NCBI GenBank assembly: GCA_030141605.1
Contig: JAQGDQ010000882.1
Span: 1-64,000 of the forward strand
Source: Tubiluchus corallicola
Taxonomy: Eukaryota > Animalia > Priapulida
DNA length: 64,000 nt
Reading direction: 5' to 3'
Under the pieces are notes generated by a model. That model was given only the letters and a program-made list of their open reading frames with translations. It was not told where the DNA came from and searched no databases. The position numbers were made by a program, and so were the translations under genes. Of the stretch, positions 1 to 12,787 are shown one piece after another (within the stretch, counting starts at the first letter, position 1; every line of letters begins with the position of its first letter).

Positions 1-733
1 GTAAGGAGTTATAAAATTAAATTTTTATTATTTGTTGAATATTTTCTTGATAATTTGATGCTAGAATATAAAAATCCAATATATTTAGAGCTTGTTTTTA
101 CAAAAAGAAGAAATTAGCATTTGATCAAATTTTGTTGCATTCTACTTTGAAGCATCATAACGTAGTTTTAACTATGCCGACTTACGGACGGCTTTGCTTT
201 ACAAGCACGCATTTACTGTTGACCTAACAAATGAATAAGTAGGATTTACCGCAATCTTTGATGAATCGAGCGACCAGAAAATGATCCCGAAACACGCTGC
301 TGAAAATTCCGCTTCCTCTAGGACTCTGGGAAAACGGACTCATACTGGTGATGCTAGACGGTGACCTCATGCTTGCCGGGTCCATTTCTGACGTCTACGA
401 ACCTTTGCGGTTTTCTTATCACAATAAAACGCTAGGCTGCACGATATTATAAGTCGATCTTTTGACTGTAATCACGTTCGAGAACAGTCTCGCGTTATAA
501 CGTTTTTAAAAAATGCACGGCAGCAAGGATTTCTCAGAAGGCACCCTGGAGCAATCGCCTGCACACTGTCTATCAGCGTTTTTAAAAAAACAAAACAGAA
601 GTGATCGCTTATGCAGGTAAGCACTGCACTTTGTCAAGAAAGGCTGTAATAGAGTGATAACAACGTGTCGAAAAAGGGCAACTGCAGGAACAGTTCGTAC
701 ACTCCTTCCCAATACACTCTACCAAATTTCTTG

Positions 734-1177
734 TCTGAACAAATTAACAATGTCTTCATAGACAATGCGATCTGAGTAAAATAACAATGTCTTCATAGAC
801 AATGCGATCTCAGCAAATTAACAATGTCTTCATAGACAATGCGATCTGAGCAAACTAACAATGTCTTCATAGACAATGCGATCTAAGCAAACTAACAATG
901 TCTTCATAGACAATGCGATCTAAGCAAACTAATAATGTCTTCATAGACAATGCGATCTAAGCAAACTAACAATGTCTTCATAGACAATGCGATCTAAGCA
1001 AACTAATAATGTCTTCATAGACAATGCGATCTAAGCAAACTAACAATGTCTTCATAGACAATGCGATCTAAGCAAACTAACAATGTCTTCATAGACAATG
1101 CGATCTGAGCAAACTAACAATGTCTTCATAGACAATGCGATCTGAGCAAACTAACAATGTCTTCATAGACAATGCGA
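734..1177. repeat. 37-bp minisatellite, 12 copies, derived from the 3' end of the NRK CDS
   Basis: Unit tctragcaaactaacaatgtcttcatagacaatgcga repeats with exact 37-nt period from 734 to 1177 and overlaps the last codons of the minus-strand NRK. Confidence 0.95.
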
Positions 1178-1740
1178 TAACAATCATTTACGTCGAGCGT
1201 TCCATCAACGTATGTCAATGGTACATTGAGAGCTTCTAATTCGTGCTTGTTCTTCAAGTACATGGGCCAAACCACTTTGTCAAAATATGTTTCAGGGGGA
1301 GGGATTGTGACAGTGGGGTAGGTGCGAGACTTTCGACGTTTAATGCACTCGGCGTATGGCAGTGTGAAGAAGTAACGCCTCTCAAAAAGTTTGTTTAGAG
1401 GTTGGTAATTGAAAATCAGTATGCCGTCAACGATTACGACTCTAACAGAATCTACGGTCGATGTTATCTTGTCTGACGAAAACTGAACTGAACACTTATC
1501 TATTTCTTCTAGCAAGTCTTTGGTAAGTTGCGGAAAATCGAGTGCGGTTACGGCGTCAAAATTCACGTAATTTAACTCCGGAACGAGCGTATGTCCCGGC
1601 CAGCCGCAGTCGAGATTGTAGTACTTGTCGGCGCTAAGCAAAACGCTGTTGGGAAACGAGTTCAGTAGTTGCTTAGCAACCGTTGTTTTTCCGCCGTTCG
1701 TAACGCCGCCCAGACCGATCACAATGCAATTTCTTTCCAT
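1126..1740 (-). CDS. Nicotinamide riboside kinase family protein, paralog A (~204 aa, intronless CDS)
   Basis: MERNCIVIGLGGVTNGGKTT P-loop, SADKYY, IVDGILIFNY, RRYFFTLPYAECIKRRKSRTY, YFDKVVWPMYLK all parallel human NRK1 motifs. ATG 1740 preferred over the ORF-track start 1917 because a ttgtttcag acceptor (AG 1760-1759) lies just upstream. Confidence 0.9.
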   Translation of the reverse strand: MERNCIVIGLGGVTNGGKTTVAKQLLNSFPNSVLLSADKYYNLDCGWPGHTLVPELNYVNFDAVTALDFPQLTKDLLEEIDKCSVQFSSDKITSTVDSVRVVIVDGILIFNYQPLNKLFERRYFFTLPYAECIKRRKSRTYPTVTIPPPETYFDKVVWPMYLKNKHELEALNVPLTYVDGTLDVNDCYRIVYEDIVSLLRSHCL

Positions 1741-2903
1741 CCGAATGCCATGTAACTTCTGAAACAAATGAGGAACGTAATAAATGACATAAAAGCGACA
1801 AAATGGCTGCAAAATTAGTAAAAAAAAATCATAATTTGAATAGAAATGAGAATTAAGATACTTGATGGCATACCTTTTAAGTAAAAAAAACAAAACAAAA
1901 ATATAACGAAATATCATATAGGAACAGAACTTAAAAGGACCTTACTCAAGTATAAGGAAAGGAGGGTAGAAAACACATGAGAGATGCACAGCAAAGATGC
2001 CCCATATTGTCTTTATTCATTACATAATATAGACTGCTTAAAATAAGATGTTGAAGCAATAATTTAGACAAAACAGAAATTATTGCACAACACAATATCA
2101 CAAAAATTACGTTTTGCTTTGCAATATTATAGGTAAAATTCAGTTTATTAAATTCATTAATAACATACCACACAAGAAAATAAAACTTTGTGTTATACAA
2201 AACTGTGTTTACACATAGTTGGACTACTGACCTCAACTGGGCAGATATTTGTGTGAGTAACAAGTGATGATAACACAGGTCAAAAGTCACAAGCAGACTG
2301 TTAGAAAAGGAGAGTTAACTGTGCACATATTAACCCTAAAGCTTGATTCACAGGGTAAATTACGGAGCCGAAATTTTACCAGAATAATGGTGAGCTGAAC
2401 TAATTTTACATACGAGAGCAAATTTATCTAAAATTGTAGGTCTATATTAGTAATAAAGTTAGTTTTTATAAAACAGTGCGAGAAATACAATCTCTATTTA
2501 CTGAAATTTTATGAGCAAGGGTTGTCGGGATCACCATACTGGTCAGAACGATCTTGACCACTGACCAGTCTAAATCACAAAGTGGTATGTTATTTATGAA
2601 TAAGTTCAGCAGCCTTACAGCAAGAGATTCAGTACTCTGTGTAACTCTGTATAGAATTTGCATCATGCAACTGTTTCTTTCTCAAGCCCTGGTAATCAAA
2701 CTACAGGAAGTACTACAGGAAGTGCTTGCAGTGAAGAATGTGAAAAGAGTTTATTTTAAGTTCTTGTACAAATGCCTGGTACCTAACAAATCTACATGAA
2801 TGAACTACCACACACTTTAATTAACTTTGCTCATGTGCTATACGAAACGGCAGTTCTTTCTGCTTAGTACAACAGAGAAAGTAGAAGAATAAAAATAAAA
2901 ATA

Positions 2904-4121
2904 ATGAAGAAGTGCATTGTGATTGGCCTCGGTGGCGTCACCAACGGTGGAAAGTCGACCGTCGCTCGGCGATTGCGGTTCCTGTTCCAGAACAGCGCGT
3001 ACTTCTGCGCTGACGACTACTACCACTTCGACACGCAGTGGGAGGGACACGAGTGGGTGGCGGAAGTGAATTACATGAACATGGATACGGTAACGGCGGT
3101 GGATTTTGCCAAACTGACGCGGGACGTAAGAAAAGAAATGGCAACGAGCGAACAATCGTGCAGAATGAAACTTCGAGAACAAAGAAAAATGACAAAAACT
3201 CAAATGGCGAAAGTTTTCGTGGAAGGTGAACAGAGAACCGAGGAGTTGGGTATCGAAAATATCGACATTGATGATGATCCTATATGGAAACTGCATCACA
3301 AATCACATAACAGTACTAGTGCAGACGACACAAGTAACAATGATATTGAAAACACACAAGGTAATGAAGAACATGATATTTTCAACGGAGAACCATATAG
3401 ATCATATGAGGAGCTAAAAGAACTGCATCATAACAGCTCTAAAGATGATGATTTGAGTAATGCTCACATTAAGAAAACACAGTACAGCATTGAAGCTTGT
3501 GATAGAAGTAACAATGATGTTAGAAAGACACAAAGTAACGAAGAGGACGATATCTTCAACGTAGAACTGTTCAAGTCGTGTGATGAACTAATGAATCTAG
3601 ATCATAAAAGCTCAAAGACGGATGATATAAGCAATGATCATGTCGAGAGCACACATTACAGCACTAATGCAGATGATACAAGTAACAATGACATTGAAAA
3701 CACACAAAGTAACGAAGAAGACGATATCTTCAATGAAGAATTGTTCAAGGCATGTGATGATCTAAAAAAACTGCACCACATCACGTTAAATTCATTAAAT
3801 ATTAGCGAAGTTAAACTTGTTATTGTTGATGGTATAATGATCTTTAACTACGCACCGTTGGAAAGATTACTTGATCTTCGCTACTTCTTCGTTTTACCCT
3901 ACAATAAATGCAAGGAAAGAAGAAAAAACAGGGAGTATTCCCCGCTCATACCGAGCGATTACTTTGACAAAGTGGCTTGGCCGATGTACTTAAAAAACAA
4001 AGCAGATTTAGAGAAAGCCAAGGTGGATATGATTTACATAGATGGCAGCACGGACAGAAACGAAAATTTGGTGTTGATTTACAGAGATATTATTAGAATA
4101 ATAGCTGACATATTGGCTTGA
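2904..4121 (+). CDS. Nicotinamide riboside kinase family protein, paralog B (405 aa, large acidic repeat insert)
   Basis: GLGGVTNGGKST P-loop, CADDYY, IVDGIMIFNY, LRYFFVLPYNKCKERRKNREY, YFDKVAWPMYLK; ~220-aa insert between the two halves of the kinase fold. Confidence 0.9.
   Translation: MKKCIVIGLGGVTNGGKSTVARRLRFLFQNSAYFCADDYYHFDTQWEGHEWVAEVNYMNMDTVTAVDFAKLTRDVRKEMATSEQSCRMKLREQRKMTKTQMAKVFVEGEQRTEELGIENIDIDDDPIWKLHHKSHNSTSADDTSNNDIENTQGNEEHDIFNGEPYRSYEELKELHHNSSKDDDLSNAHIKKTQYSIEACDRSNNDVRKTQSNEEDDIFNVELFKSCDELMNLDHKSSKTDDISNDHVESTHYSTNADDTSNNDIENTQSNEEDDIFNEELFKACDDLKKLHHITLNSLNISEVKLVIVDGIMIFNYAPLERLLDLRYFFVLPYNKCKERRKNREYSPLIPSDYFDKVAWPMYLKNKADLEKAKVDMIYIDGSTDRNENLVLIYRDIIRIIADILA
3309..3780 (+). 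repeat. Coding tandem repeat, 174 bp / 58 aa, ~2.7 copies inside NRK paralog B
   Basis: SNNDIENTQxNEExDIFN motif recurs at 58-aa spacing (nt ~3309, 3483, 3657). Confidence 0.85.
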
Positions 4122-4460
4122 GGTATGTGGCAAAGAGGTGCTATGAGGTGAAGGAAAATTTGCTTTTTTAGAACAGTAGACTTTACAAAGTTTGAAACGG
4201 TCCATTAGTAGACAGTAGAGACGTGTGTGCATGTTTTATACTACTACTTAGCCTAGCATGCTCAGCAGTAGAAATACAAAGTTTTGCACGATAAAAAACA
4301 CAGAATTCTGTAAACTTTTACAACCGAAGAACTAAATTTATGAGCAAAAGCTGCTTCATATCATATCGTATCCATTCGGTCCTAGTTGTTAGACATCTCT
4401 GCCTGTTGACCGATCATAATTGGCAGCATTTTAACAATTTCTAGCCTTGGAGCTGTACCG

Positions 4461-4725
4461 GTTGGTTGGCATCCTTCTGACTCGGAAGACAATGGAGTGT
4501 GCGCCAAGAGAGTCAGTTATTGATCACATTGATGGAGCTGCAGCATCGACTATGATCCTTGAACGTCTCCAGGGTGCACGCCTGGGCAAGGTGTATTGAG
4601 ATCCTGAGTTGCCCAGACCACAGGAACCCCCGCTCTTCCTTGCTGGTGTAGTCCAAAGGAAAGCGGAGCAATACGTTTGACACCAGGTTGGCTGCAGCAG
4701 TCAGTGAGCATGTTGCACTGGTCCG
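4461..4725 (+). mobile_element. Interspersed repeat (SINE or RTE-type 5' region), copy 1
   Basis: Near-identical inverted copy at 33414-33699; RTE-like assignment is from recalled similarity only. Confidence 0.6.
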
Positions 4726-5145
4726 CCTTCGGATTGGAGATGGATTTCAGAGCAGAAGATAGTAATCTTGAGTGGGACAGCTCAAAAATTACAATAAGTC
4801 AAGCAACCATACTCGGGTACCAGACATAGAATAGATTAATGGGGATAGCATAGACTTTAATGGGGTAGACGGTGACTTTGAATAAGTGATTGCAGTGAGT
4901 GAGTTAGTCAGTCATTTAGTCAGTTAAGTAAATGTATGCAGAATTGTAAGTGTAAAAAGATTAAAAAACCAAGGAAAGTGCCAGAAGGGCTTCCTGGCTT
5001 CATCCGCAGTTAGTCAAGGTCTTCTGTGGTCCAAAAAAAAACGCACTGTCTCGTTATAAAGCAAAAAATAACCGTCTTTTTACTGTTTTTAGCATTATCA
5101 TTTCCATTTATTGTTAGCATATGGCAATTAACCTACAAATTTGAC

Positions 5146-5272
5146 ATAAACATCAAAAATGTCTACATTAATGGTACAGTGCAGTTCATAAACATGAAAA
5201 ATGTCTACATTAATGGTACAGTGCAGTTCATAAACATGAAAAATGTCTACATTAATGGTACAGTGTAGTTCA
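5146..5272. repeat. 42-bp tandem repeat x3
   Basis: cataaacatgaaaaatgtctacattaatggtacagtgcagtt repeated. Confidence 0.85.
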
Positions 5273-5377
5273 TGGCGGTACAAAGGGAATACCGTACGTA
5301 CTGCTATGAAGATACTGTACATAATCAACACAATTATAAATTATTACAGAACTTTTACATAAACTGTATATCACCAA

Positions 5378-5731
5378 TAGGGGCGAGCATTCTCTACCAC
5401 GAAGCAAATTCGAATTGAATCGAATTTGTGACTTTCGAATTCGAATCGAACCAAATTTCGACATTTTGAAACCGAATTGAGTTTGAAACATTTTCGAACC
5501 ACTAGTAAAAAGTGGGCGTACAAAGATCTTGCATAGCACTTGATTTCGTTCTGCGGTAAAATCGCTATTAGTTTGTTAAAAGTTTTGTACAGAAACTGCA
5601 GCTAAATTCTGCTAATTGCATGCTGTTTCAAACATTTTAATGATAAAGAAACCTATGTGACTAAAATGCTGAATTATTCGAATCTAGAATTTCGCTTCGA
5701 ATCGAACTCGAACATTTGATGCCCACCCCTA
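5378..5731. mobile_element. MITE (TAGGGGyGAGCA termini, TTCGAA-rich), hAT-like
   Basis: Termini taggggcgagca...tgcccaccccta; flanks atcaccaa/tacaccaa; related copy 54059-54408 and partial copies near 14370-14620 and 15990-16220. Confidence 0.7.
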
Positions 5732-8085
5732 TACACCAACAATACAGGAAAAAATTCAGTAGTATAATATGCTAAACAAACTTCAGGCATAACCTGGATA
5801 TTTTCACTATTCCAAACACTGATCTTTGACCTAGATACAGTATTTGTTTACAAACAGAAAAATCAGATAAACAAATCAATACACTCGAAGACTCTATACA
5901 GTGGCATATTAGCAAATCTCTGAAATTTACATTGATACGTATATTATCAGGTATGTAAATAATAAACAAAGTATCGACACAGCTTTCATATATGATGCAA
6001 AAGTGTAGAAGTTTCCAAATACGACTAACTGGGTATAAAATTCACATTCATCCAATGAGAAGAGACTCATAGCTAAAATTAGTGGGGGTGCTGCTTCAGA
6101 AAATTTTTAGCTATTTTTTTTATACGAAACAAACATGCGTAATTTTAATGTTGTAATTTATAATTGTAATTTTAAACAAACAAACGTATGAACGTTTACG
6201 CATGAACTTGATAAAAATATTTTTTGTTTACTAATAACCTAAATTGTCACATTTCAAGCTTGATCCATTCACGGTAAGCGCGTGACAACTGACAACAAAC
6301 TGTGTGAGCGACAGTACTTTTTCTACTGATAATAATTAGTGAAAATAGGGGTGCTGAAGTTACACAGTACCTATACAAGAACCACCACTGCATCCTATTA
6401 CAACCATTATCATTGTGATCGGTAATTAAAAAATTTTCAGGTATTGTTTTAATACTGTATAAACCGAAACAAACACACGTAATTTTAATATTGTAATTGA
6501 AATTTTTTACTAATAAACAAACGTTATAAATAAACTTGATAAACTCCTAAACAAAATATTGTTTCCTTACGAATAGCCTAAATTGTTGAAGTTCAAGAAT
6601 TTGCCGATACGCGGCTTTTAAGCACGTGACAACTGAGAACACGTACTGCAGTGAGCGACAGTACTCTTTCTACCTAAAGTACAGCGTCTTATCTCAGACA
6701 TGTGCGCATGCGTCCACCATCATGCGTCCACCAACAGCCAAACACCACACTGCTTGGGCTGTTAAGCAAATTATACTACCCTCATGTACAGTTCCGTACA
6801 AGTATAAAGAAAGAACTAAAGAAAAAAGACTGATTATATTGAATATTTTCGATGATAATGAGTGAAAATAGGGGGTGCTGCAGTGCCACAGAACCTACAC
6901 ACCAACCACCACTGCATCCCATCATAACCGTTACCATTGTGATCGGTACTTTACATAAATAACTATAAAAAAAACTTCACAGACATAGTATACCACTCAA
7001 CCTATCACGTGTGTGTAAAATTCACCTTCCAATAATTACTAACACAACCGTAACATCTAGTAAAACCGAGGTATATTTCATACTGGTGAAAACTTCAGGC
7101 CCAGTTCAAGGACAAGTAAATAAAATGAATAAAGTTTAAAATAAAAACCAAAAATTCTGAGCATTATTTCTTTTGATGCTTAAAACTTAAAAGCGATTAC
7201 TTTTACACGAACAAGGCAGTGTTTTAAGCAATACATTTGGCTTTCCGTACTCTAGACAATAGCAAAATTAAACAAAAACACAAACAACAATATCATACAA
7301 TCACAATTATTTACATAGAATATTTACATATTTACCATAAAAAATTATGTAAACATTTCAAAATCGACGGATTGTTTACTCAACTTTCTAGTGTAAATAT
7401 GTCGATATGAGCAAATGCGATCGCTAAGACATTATAGGTGGCGTTTTTGTTTACTTATTAGACTGTGGCTCCATCTTCACAAAAAATTATTTTCTGACAC
7501 TTATTGCTCATAGCAGATATCGAAAATTGGAACAAACTGCCATTAAAAATTGTAACATGTTCATAAATTGATTAACATAATTATATGCTGAATAACACAG
7601 TCATCAATATTTCCAATCTAATTAAACATAACAATTAACAAACAAAAGATGGAAGAATTAATACTTATCACATATGTAATACCTAATGAGCTAGGATTCG
7701 TTACAAATGGCTTCATTGAGCAAAATAAACTATCAATGGCTTCGAGGCTCGCTTTAGATACAAATTACTATATCTAACTATAGATTATAAACAATAGGTT
7801 ACAAACGATATCAATCGAATCTTACATGAACATATTATTGTTCGATAAGCGAATCATAGTGTCAAATAAGTTTCAACAATTCAAAATTTCATGATCGAGA
7901 AATAGGTTATGTATCGCTTTATTTATAAAGATGAGTAAAAAAAGAGTTCATTAAGTAAAACGAAAATTAGATAAACTCATCAGTTCTCACCATTAAAAGT
8001 AAACACGCTAATTTCCAGCTAATGATTATTTACGTCTCATTAGAAGACACTGACCAGTGACCACAACCATATTGTGTAAAATGAA

Positions 8086-9330
8086 AATCTGTAGCGACTA
8101 CAAAAACAATCAAACAATAAGACGATCTTTAGCGACCACAAAAACAATCAGAACAATAAGATAATGTTTAGCGACTACAAAAACAATCAAAACAATAAGA
8201 CAATGTTTAGCGACTACAAAAACAATCAGAACAATAAGACAATGTTTAGCGAATACAAAAACAATCAGAACAATAAGACAATCTTTAGCGACTACAAAAA
8301 CAATCAGAACAATAAGACAATGTTTAGCGAATACAAAAACAATCAGAACAATAAGACGATCTGTAGCGACTACAGAAACAATCAGAACAATAAGACGATC
8401 TTTAGCGACTACAGAAACAATCAGAACAATAAGACAATCTTTAGTGACTACAAAAACAATCAATACAATAAGACAATCTTTAGTGACTACAGAAACAATC
8501 AGAACAATAAGACGATCTTTAGCGAATACAAAAACAATCAGAACAATAAGACAATCTTTAGCGACTACAAAAACAATCAGAACAATAAGACAATCTTTAG
8601 CGACTACAAAAACAATCAGAACAATAAGACGATCTTTAGCGACTACAAAAACAATCAGAACAATAAGACGATCTTTAGCGACTACAAAAACAATCAGAAC
8701 AATAAGACAATCTTTAGCGACTACAAAAACAATCAGAACAATAAGACGATCTGTAGCGACTACAAAAACAATCAGAACAATAAGACGATCTTTAGCGACT
8801 ACAAAAACAATCAGAACAATAAGACAATCTTTAGCGACTACAAAAACAATCAGAACAATAAGACAATCTTTAGCGACTACAAAAACAATCAGAACAATAA
8901 GACGATCTTTAGCGACTACAAAAACAATCAGAACAATAAGACAATCTTTAGCGACTACAAAAACAATCAAAACAATAAGACAATCTTTAGCGACTACAAA
9001 AACAATCAGAACAATAAGACAATCTTTAGCGACTACAAAAACAATCAGAACAATAAGACAATCTTTAGCGACTACAAAAACAATCAGAACAATAAGACAA
9101 TCTTTAGCGACTACAAAAACAATCAGAACAATAAGACAATCTTTAGCGACTACAAAAACAATCAGAACAATAAGACAATCTTTAGCGACTACAAAAACAA
9201 TCAGAACAATAAGACAATCTTTAGCGACTACAAAAACAATTAAAACAATAAGACAATCTTTAGTGACTACAAAAACAATCAGAACAATAAGACGATCTTT
9301 AGCGACTACAAAAACAATTAAAACAATAAA
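8086..9330. repeat. 39-bp minisatellite, ~32 copies
   Basis: Unit atctttagcgactacaaaaacaatcagaacaataagaca; explains the periodic 13-aa ORFs on both strands. Confidence 0.95.
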
Positions 9331-10856
9331 ACATCCTGGTGGTTAATGTCAGAAAGAGAAAGTTTGAGGAGCTTTCATCCTTCTAGAACAACTAAAGTAC
9401 TTAAAGAAAAGACCAAGCCGTGTAGGAAGTGGGGCTCATTATTTCAATGTTCGCAAAGAACGTCAGAAGGGCTTAGAAATCATACTGCAACAAGCGCCTC
9501 ATGTAATTGACAAAATCACGTGAAAGTCGTGAACACTTCATGCTTGGGTACTCCCATTTTCAATACCCATTCTTCTTCCAATGACGTCATTCGTCCCGAA
9601 GAAAAGTAGCGCACTGTCAGTCTTTGTTAATAATATAAGTTTTTACAAAAAAACTAGATGGATAATTTTGTAATATTTTTGCGTAAACATTATTTAAACT
9701 GCAGAAGTTTGAATCAGTTTAAGCAGTGCGCGCTTACCAAAAGCAATGACGCGCTTGAGAAAAATCACCAAGTCTCACAATTATGTCACGATTTTCAAGT
9801 TAATGGTGGCAACTACAGTGCACCTGAAAATTTCCATTCAGTGGTAGTATACTTTCAATTCTATGCTTTACAGGCAGTTCTTTGCAAATTTCTTTGTGTT
9901 ATTTTTCTAACCCGTTGTATCCCGTGGGATACTAGAATATTTTCTGCGTTTAAAATTAATAAAATTTTAAAACTGACAGTTATTTGATCTGTTAATAGTT
10001 ATTTTGATTTAAGCCAATAACAAGAGATTAAAATAGTGATAAAATGGCAAACTAGAAAATCTTCATGGCATAAAAACTGCGCAGGGTACAGTACTTTAGA
10101 GACGACATTGTACAGATCAGCATAGCATGCATACTAAATGTCTTAAATACTTTATTTGGGACTGAAAGGGTTAAGTGATAACAGTAAAATAAACCCCACA
10201 CATACTAAGTGACTTGTTCTTTCCTTTAAACTCAACAGACCCGTAGAACGTCAGAATCTTAAAAATACAAGTTCATCAAAAAATACGGAGCTAAGCAGTA
10301 AACACAACGCAGATAATTTGTCATCGTAAAAAGATCTACAAAATGTTTTTGAAAACTGGCACAAGAAGTAATCGTAACATGTAATAAGTGTTTTCACTCA
10401 CACGTAAGTGAGAAGGGGTGAGTCGGTACTGGAACCACTCCGGGTTTTTTGTGATCGCAAAATCAGCCTGTACTGAATATTCGGAGCTAACCTATATTAC
10501 TTTGCTTTTACTAGACAGCTTAAATTCGCTGTGAAAAAATAAGTAATTCAAATTATATCACTGATACTCAGATTGTTTTACACCAAAAGCTGCTAAAACA
10601 ATCACATATTTTGCATATTTTCATAATTTTGTAAATAACACTCGCTCTACAAGTGGACCCAATTTCACCATGCACCAGTTGAGATAGTTTGGGTTAGGAT
10701 TAGGGTCCATTTACACGCAAAAAACGATCTTTGAAATCCATCTTTGTACTGTACAGATTTTTTCTGCAAGCGAGCTAGGTACATTCAATCACTTTTAGTC
10801 ACTTTTGGTGACTTTAAAAATTCACCAAAAATACATTGGGTATATTTGAATGATGA

Positions 10857-11625
10857 CCAAAAAACACATCTGGTGCTTTGCAGAGAAAATTGGTGACTTT
10901 TCACAACCAAAAAATACATTAGGTGATTCTGCAGTGAAAATTGTTGACTTTTTACAACCAAAAAAATACATTAGGTGATTTTGCAGTGAAAATTGGTGAC
11001 TTTTCACAACCAAAAAATACATTAGGTGATTCTGCAGTGAAAATTGTTGACTTTTTACAACCAAAAAAATACATTAGGTGATTTTGCAGTGAAAATTGGT
11101 GACTTTTCACAACCAAAAAATACATTAGGTGATTCTGCAGTGAAAATTGTTGACTTTTTACAACCAAAAAAATACATTAGGTGATTTTGCAGTGAAAATT
11201 GGTGACTTTTCACAACCAAAAAATACATTAGGTGATTCTGCAGTGAAAATTGTTGACTTTTTACAACCAAAAAAATACATTAGGTGATTTTGCAGTGAAA
11301 ATTGGTGACTTTTTACAACGAAAAAATACATTAGGTGATTTTGCAGTGAAAACTGATGACTTTTCACAACCAAAAAATACATCACGTGATTTTGCAGTGA
11401 AAATTGGTGACTTTTCACAACCAAAAATACATAAATACATTAGGTGACTTTGCAGTGAAAATTGGTGACTTTTCACAACCAAAAACACATTAGGTGACTT
11501 TGCAGTGAAAATTGGTGACTTTTCACAACCCAAAAATACATTAGGTGACTTTGCAGTGAAAATTGGTGACTTTTCACAACCAAAAACACATTAGGTGATT
11601 TTGCAGTGAAAATTGGTGACTTTTT
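10857..11625. repeat. 51/52-bp minisatellite with 103-bp dimeric higher-order period
   Basis: Unit aaaaatacattaggtgattttgcagtgaaaattggtgacttttcacaacc; ORF-track peptides recur every 103 nt. Lies ~160 nt past the NRK paralog C stop. Confidence 0.9.
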
Positions 11626-11785
11626 AATGTTTTTTGTTTGGCTAAAAATGCGGTAATTACTTTGGTGAATTTAAAGTGAGTTTAGGTAACTTTTGTATGG
11701 CTAAATACATATGTGACGATTTTCTCTTTGTAGAAAAACATTTCACGACTTTATAGTAACTTTTGGTAACTTCTGCACGAAAATG

Positions 11786-12787
11786 TCAATTCATCTGTGT
11801 AATGAGTCCAATGATGTCCTTATGAACGGAGTGAAAAATACGATCCACTGGATCCATGCCGTCAATGTAGTTCAGCAGCACACCACCAGATGTCTCTAAT
11901 TCCTGTTTATACTTCACGTACATGGGCCAGGCGACGGCGTCGAGGTAACCGTCGATCTCGGGCAGCTCGTACGCGCGGGCGTTCCGTCTGCGGACGCACT
12001 CCTCTTTCGGCAGCGTGAAGAAGTAGCGCAAATCGAACAGTCTGCACAGCGGTTGATGATTGAAGATGAGGATGCCTTCGACGATGATGATGGAAACATC
12101 GCAGTGACCTGCACCGGATTCCGCAGGACAATGTCCTGTGGTCATTTCGTCCCTCTCAGCAGAATCAGCATCGCCATTACTATGTAATTTCTTCACAGCA
12201 ATACCGTCACGGCTTGTCGGTAGGTAATTATCACATTCATTCTTACCCTGATTATACTTATTTAAATCTACATTATCGTCACCGAATGTTACAACTCTAG
12301 GTAGTACATCTATAGTCATGTCATCTCCACCTTTGTGTGGATTTCCAGTCAATTCAAGCGAGTTTTTTTCAAGACGCATCTGCACTTTTGCACTTTCGCT
12401 GCCATCCGGAAACGTAGGATGTCGCAAATGTCGCGGACTGGATGATTTGTGGTTCGATCGTCGTTGTTCGAGCAGTTGATTTAGCTGACCTTCCGAAGTC
12501 CGATTCTCGGCGGCAAAAATGGCGTCGCGCACCGCCAACGTCAACGAATCATTGTCTATGCTGCTCAAAATGTCGAAATTTGCAAACGAATCTCCGCCAA
12601 ACTCGGGAAGACGAACGTGCTTATCACTATCCAGCGGCCAGTAGAAATCGTCCGCGCGAATGACCCGCGTCCTAGGGAACGTGTCGCAGATCCGTTTTGC
12701 CAGCGTAGACTTCCCGCCGTTAGTGACGCCGCCTAGGCCGATGACGATGCAGCGGCTGACAGATCTGGCACTCCCGACGCCCGCCAT
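11786..12787 (-). CDS. Nicotinamide riboside kinase family protein, paralog C (~333 aa, intronless CDS)
   Basis: CIVIGLGGVTNGGKST, RADDFY, IIVEGILIFNH, LRYFFTLPKEECVRRRNARAY, GYLDAVAWPMYVKY. ATG 12787 (MAGVGS) follows a strong polypyrimidine tract and AG at 12803-12802. Confidence 0.9.
   Translation of the reverse strand: MAGVGSARSVSRCIVIGLGGVTNGGKSTLAKRICDTFPRTRVIRADDFYWPLDSDKHVRLPEFGGDSFANFDILSSIDNDSLTLAVRDAIFAAENRTSEGQLNQLLEQRRSNHKSSSPRHLRHPTFPDGSESAKVQMRLEKNSLELTGNPHKGGDDMTIDVLPRVVTFGDDNVDLNKYNQGKNECDNYLPTSRDGIAVKKLHSNGDADSAERDEMTTGHCPAESGAGHCDVSIIIVEGILIFNHQPLCRLFDLRYFFTLPKEECVRRRNARAYELPEIDGYLDAVAWPMYVKYKQELETSGGVLLNYIDGMDPVDRIFHSVHKDIIGLITQMN

Noticed and set aside
1741-1917. N-terminal extension of NRK A in the ORF track (likewise 12788-12883 for NRK C)
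   Set aside because: The extensions are polypyrimidine or AT-rich intron-like sequence ending in an AG acceptor; homology starts at or just after the downstream ATG.
8110-9346. Long ORFs of 286-359 aa on both strands
   Set aside because: Pure translations of a 39-bp stop-free minisatellite; no unique domain or gene context.
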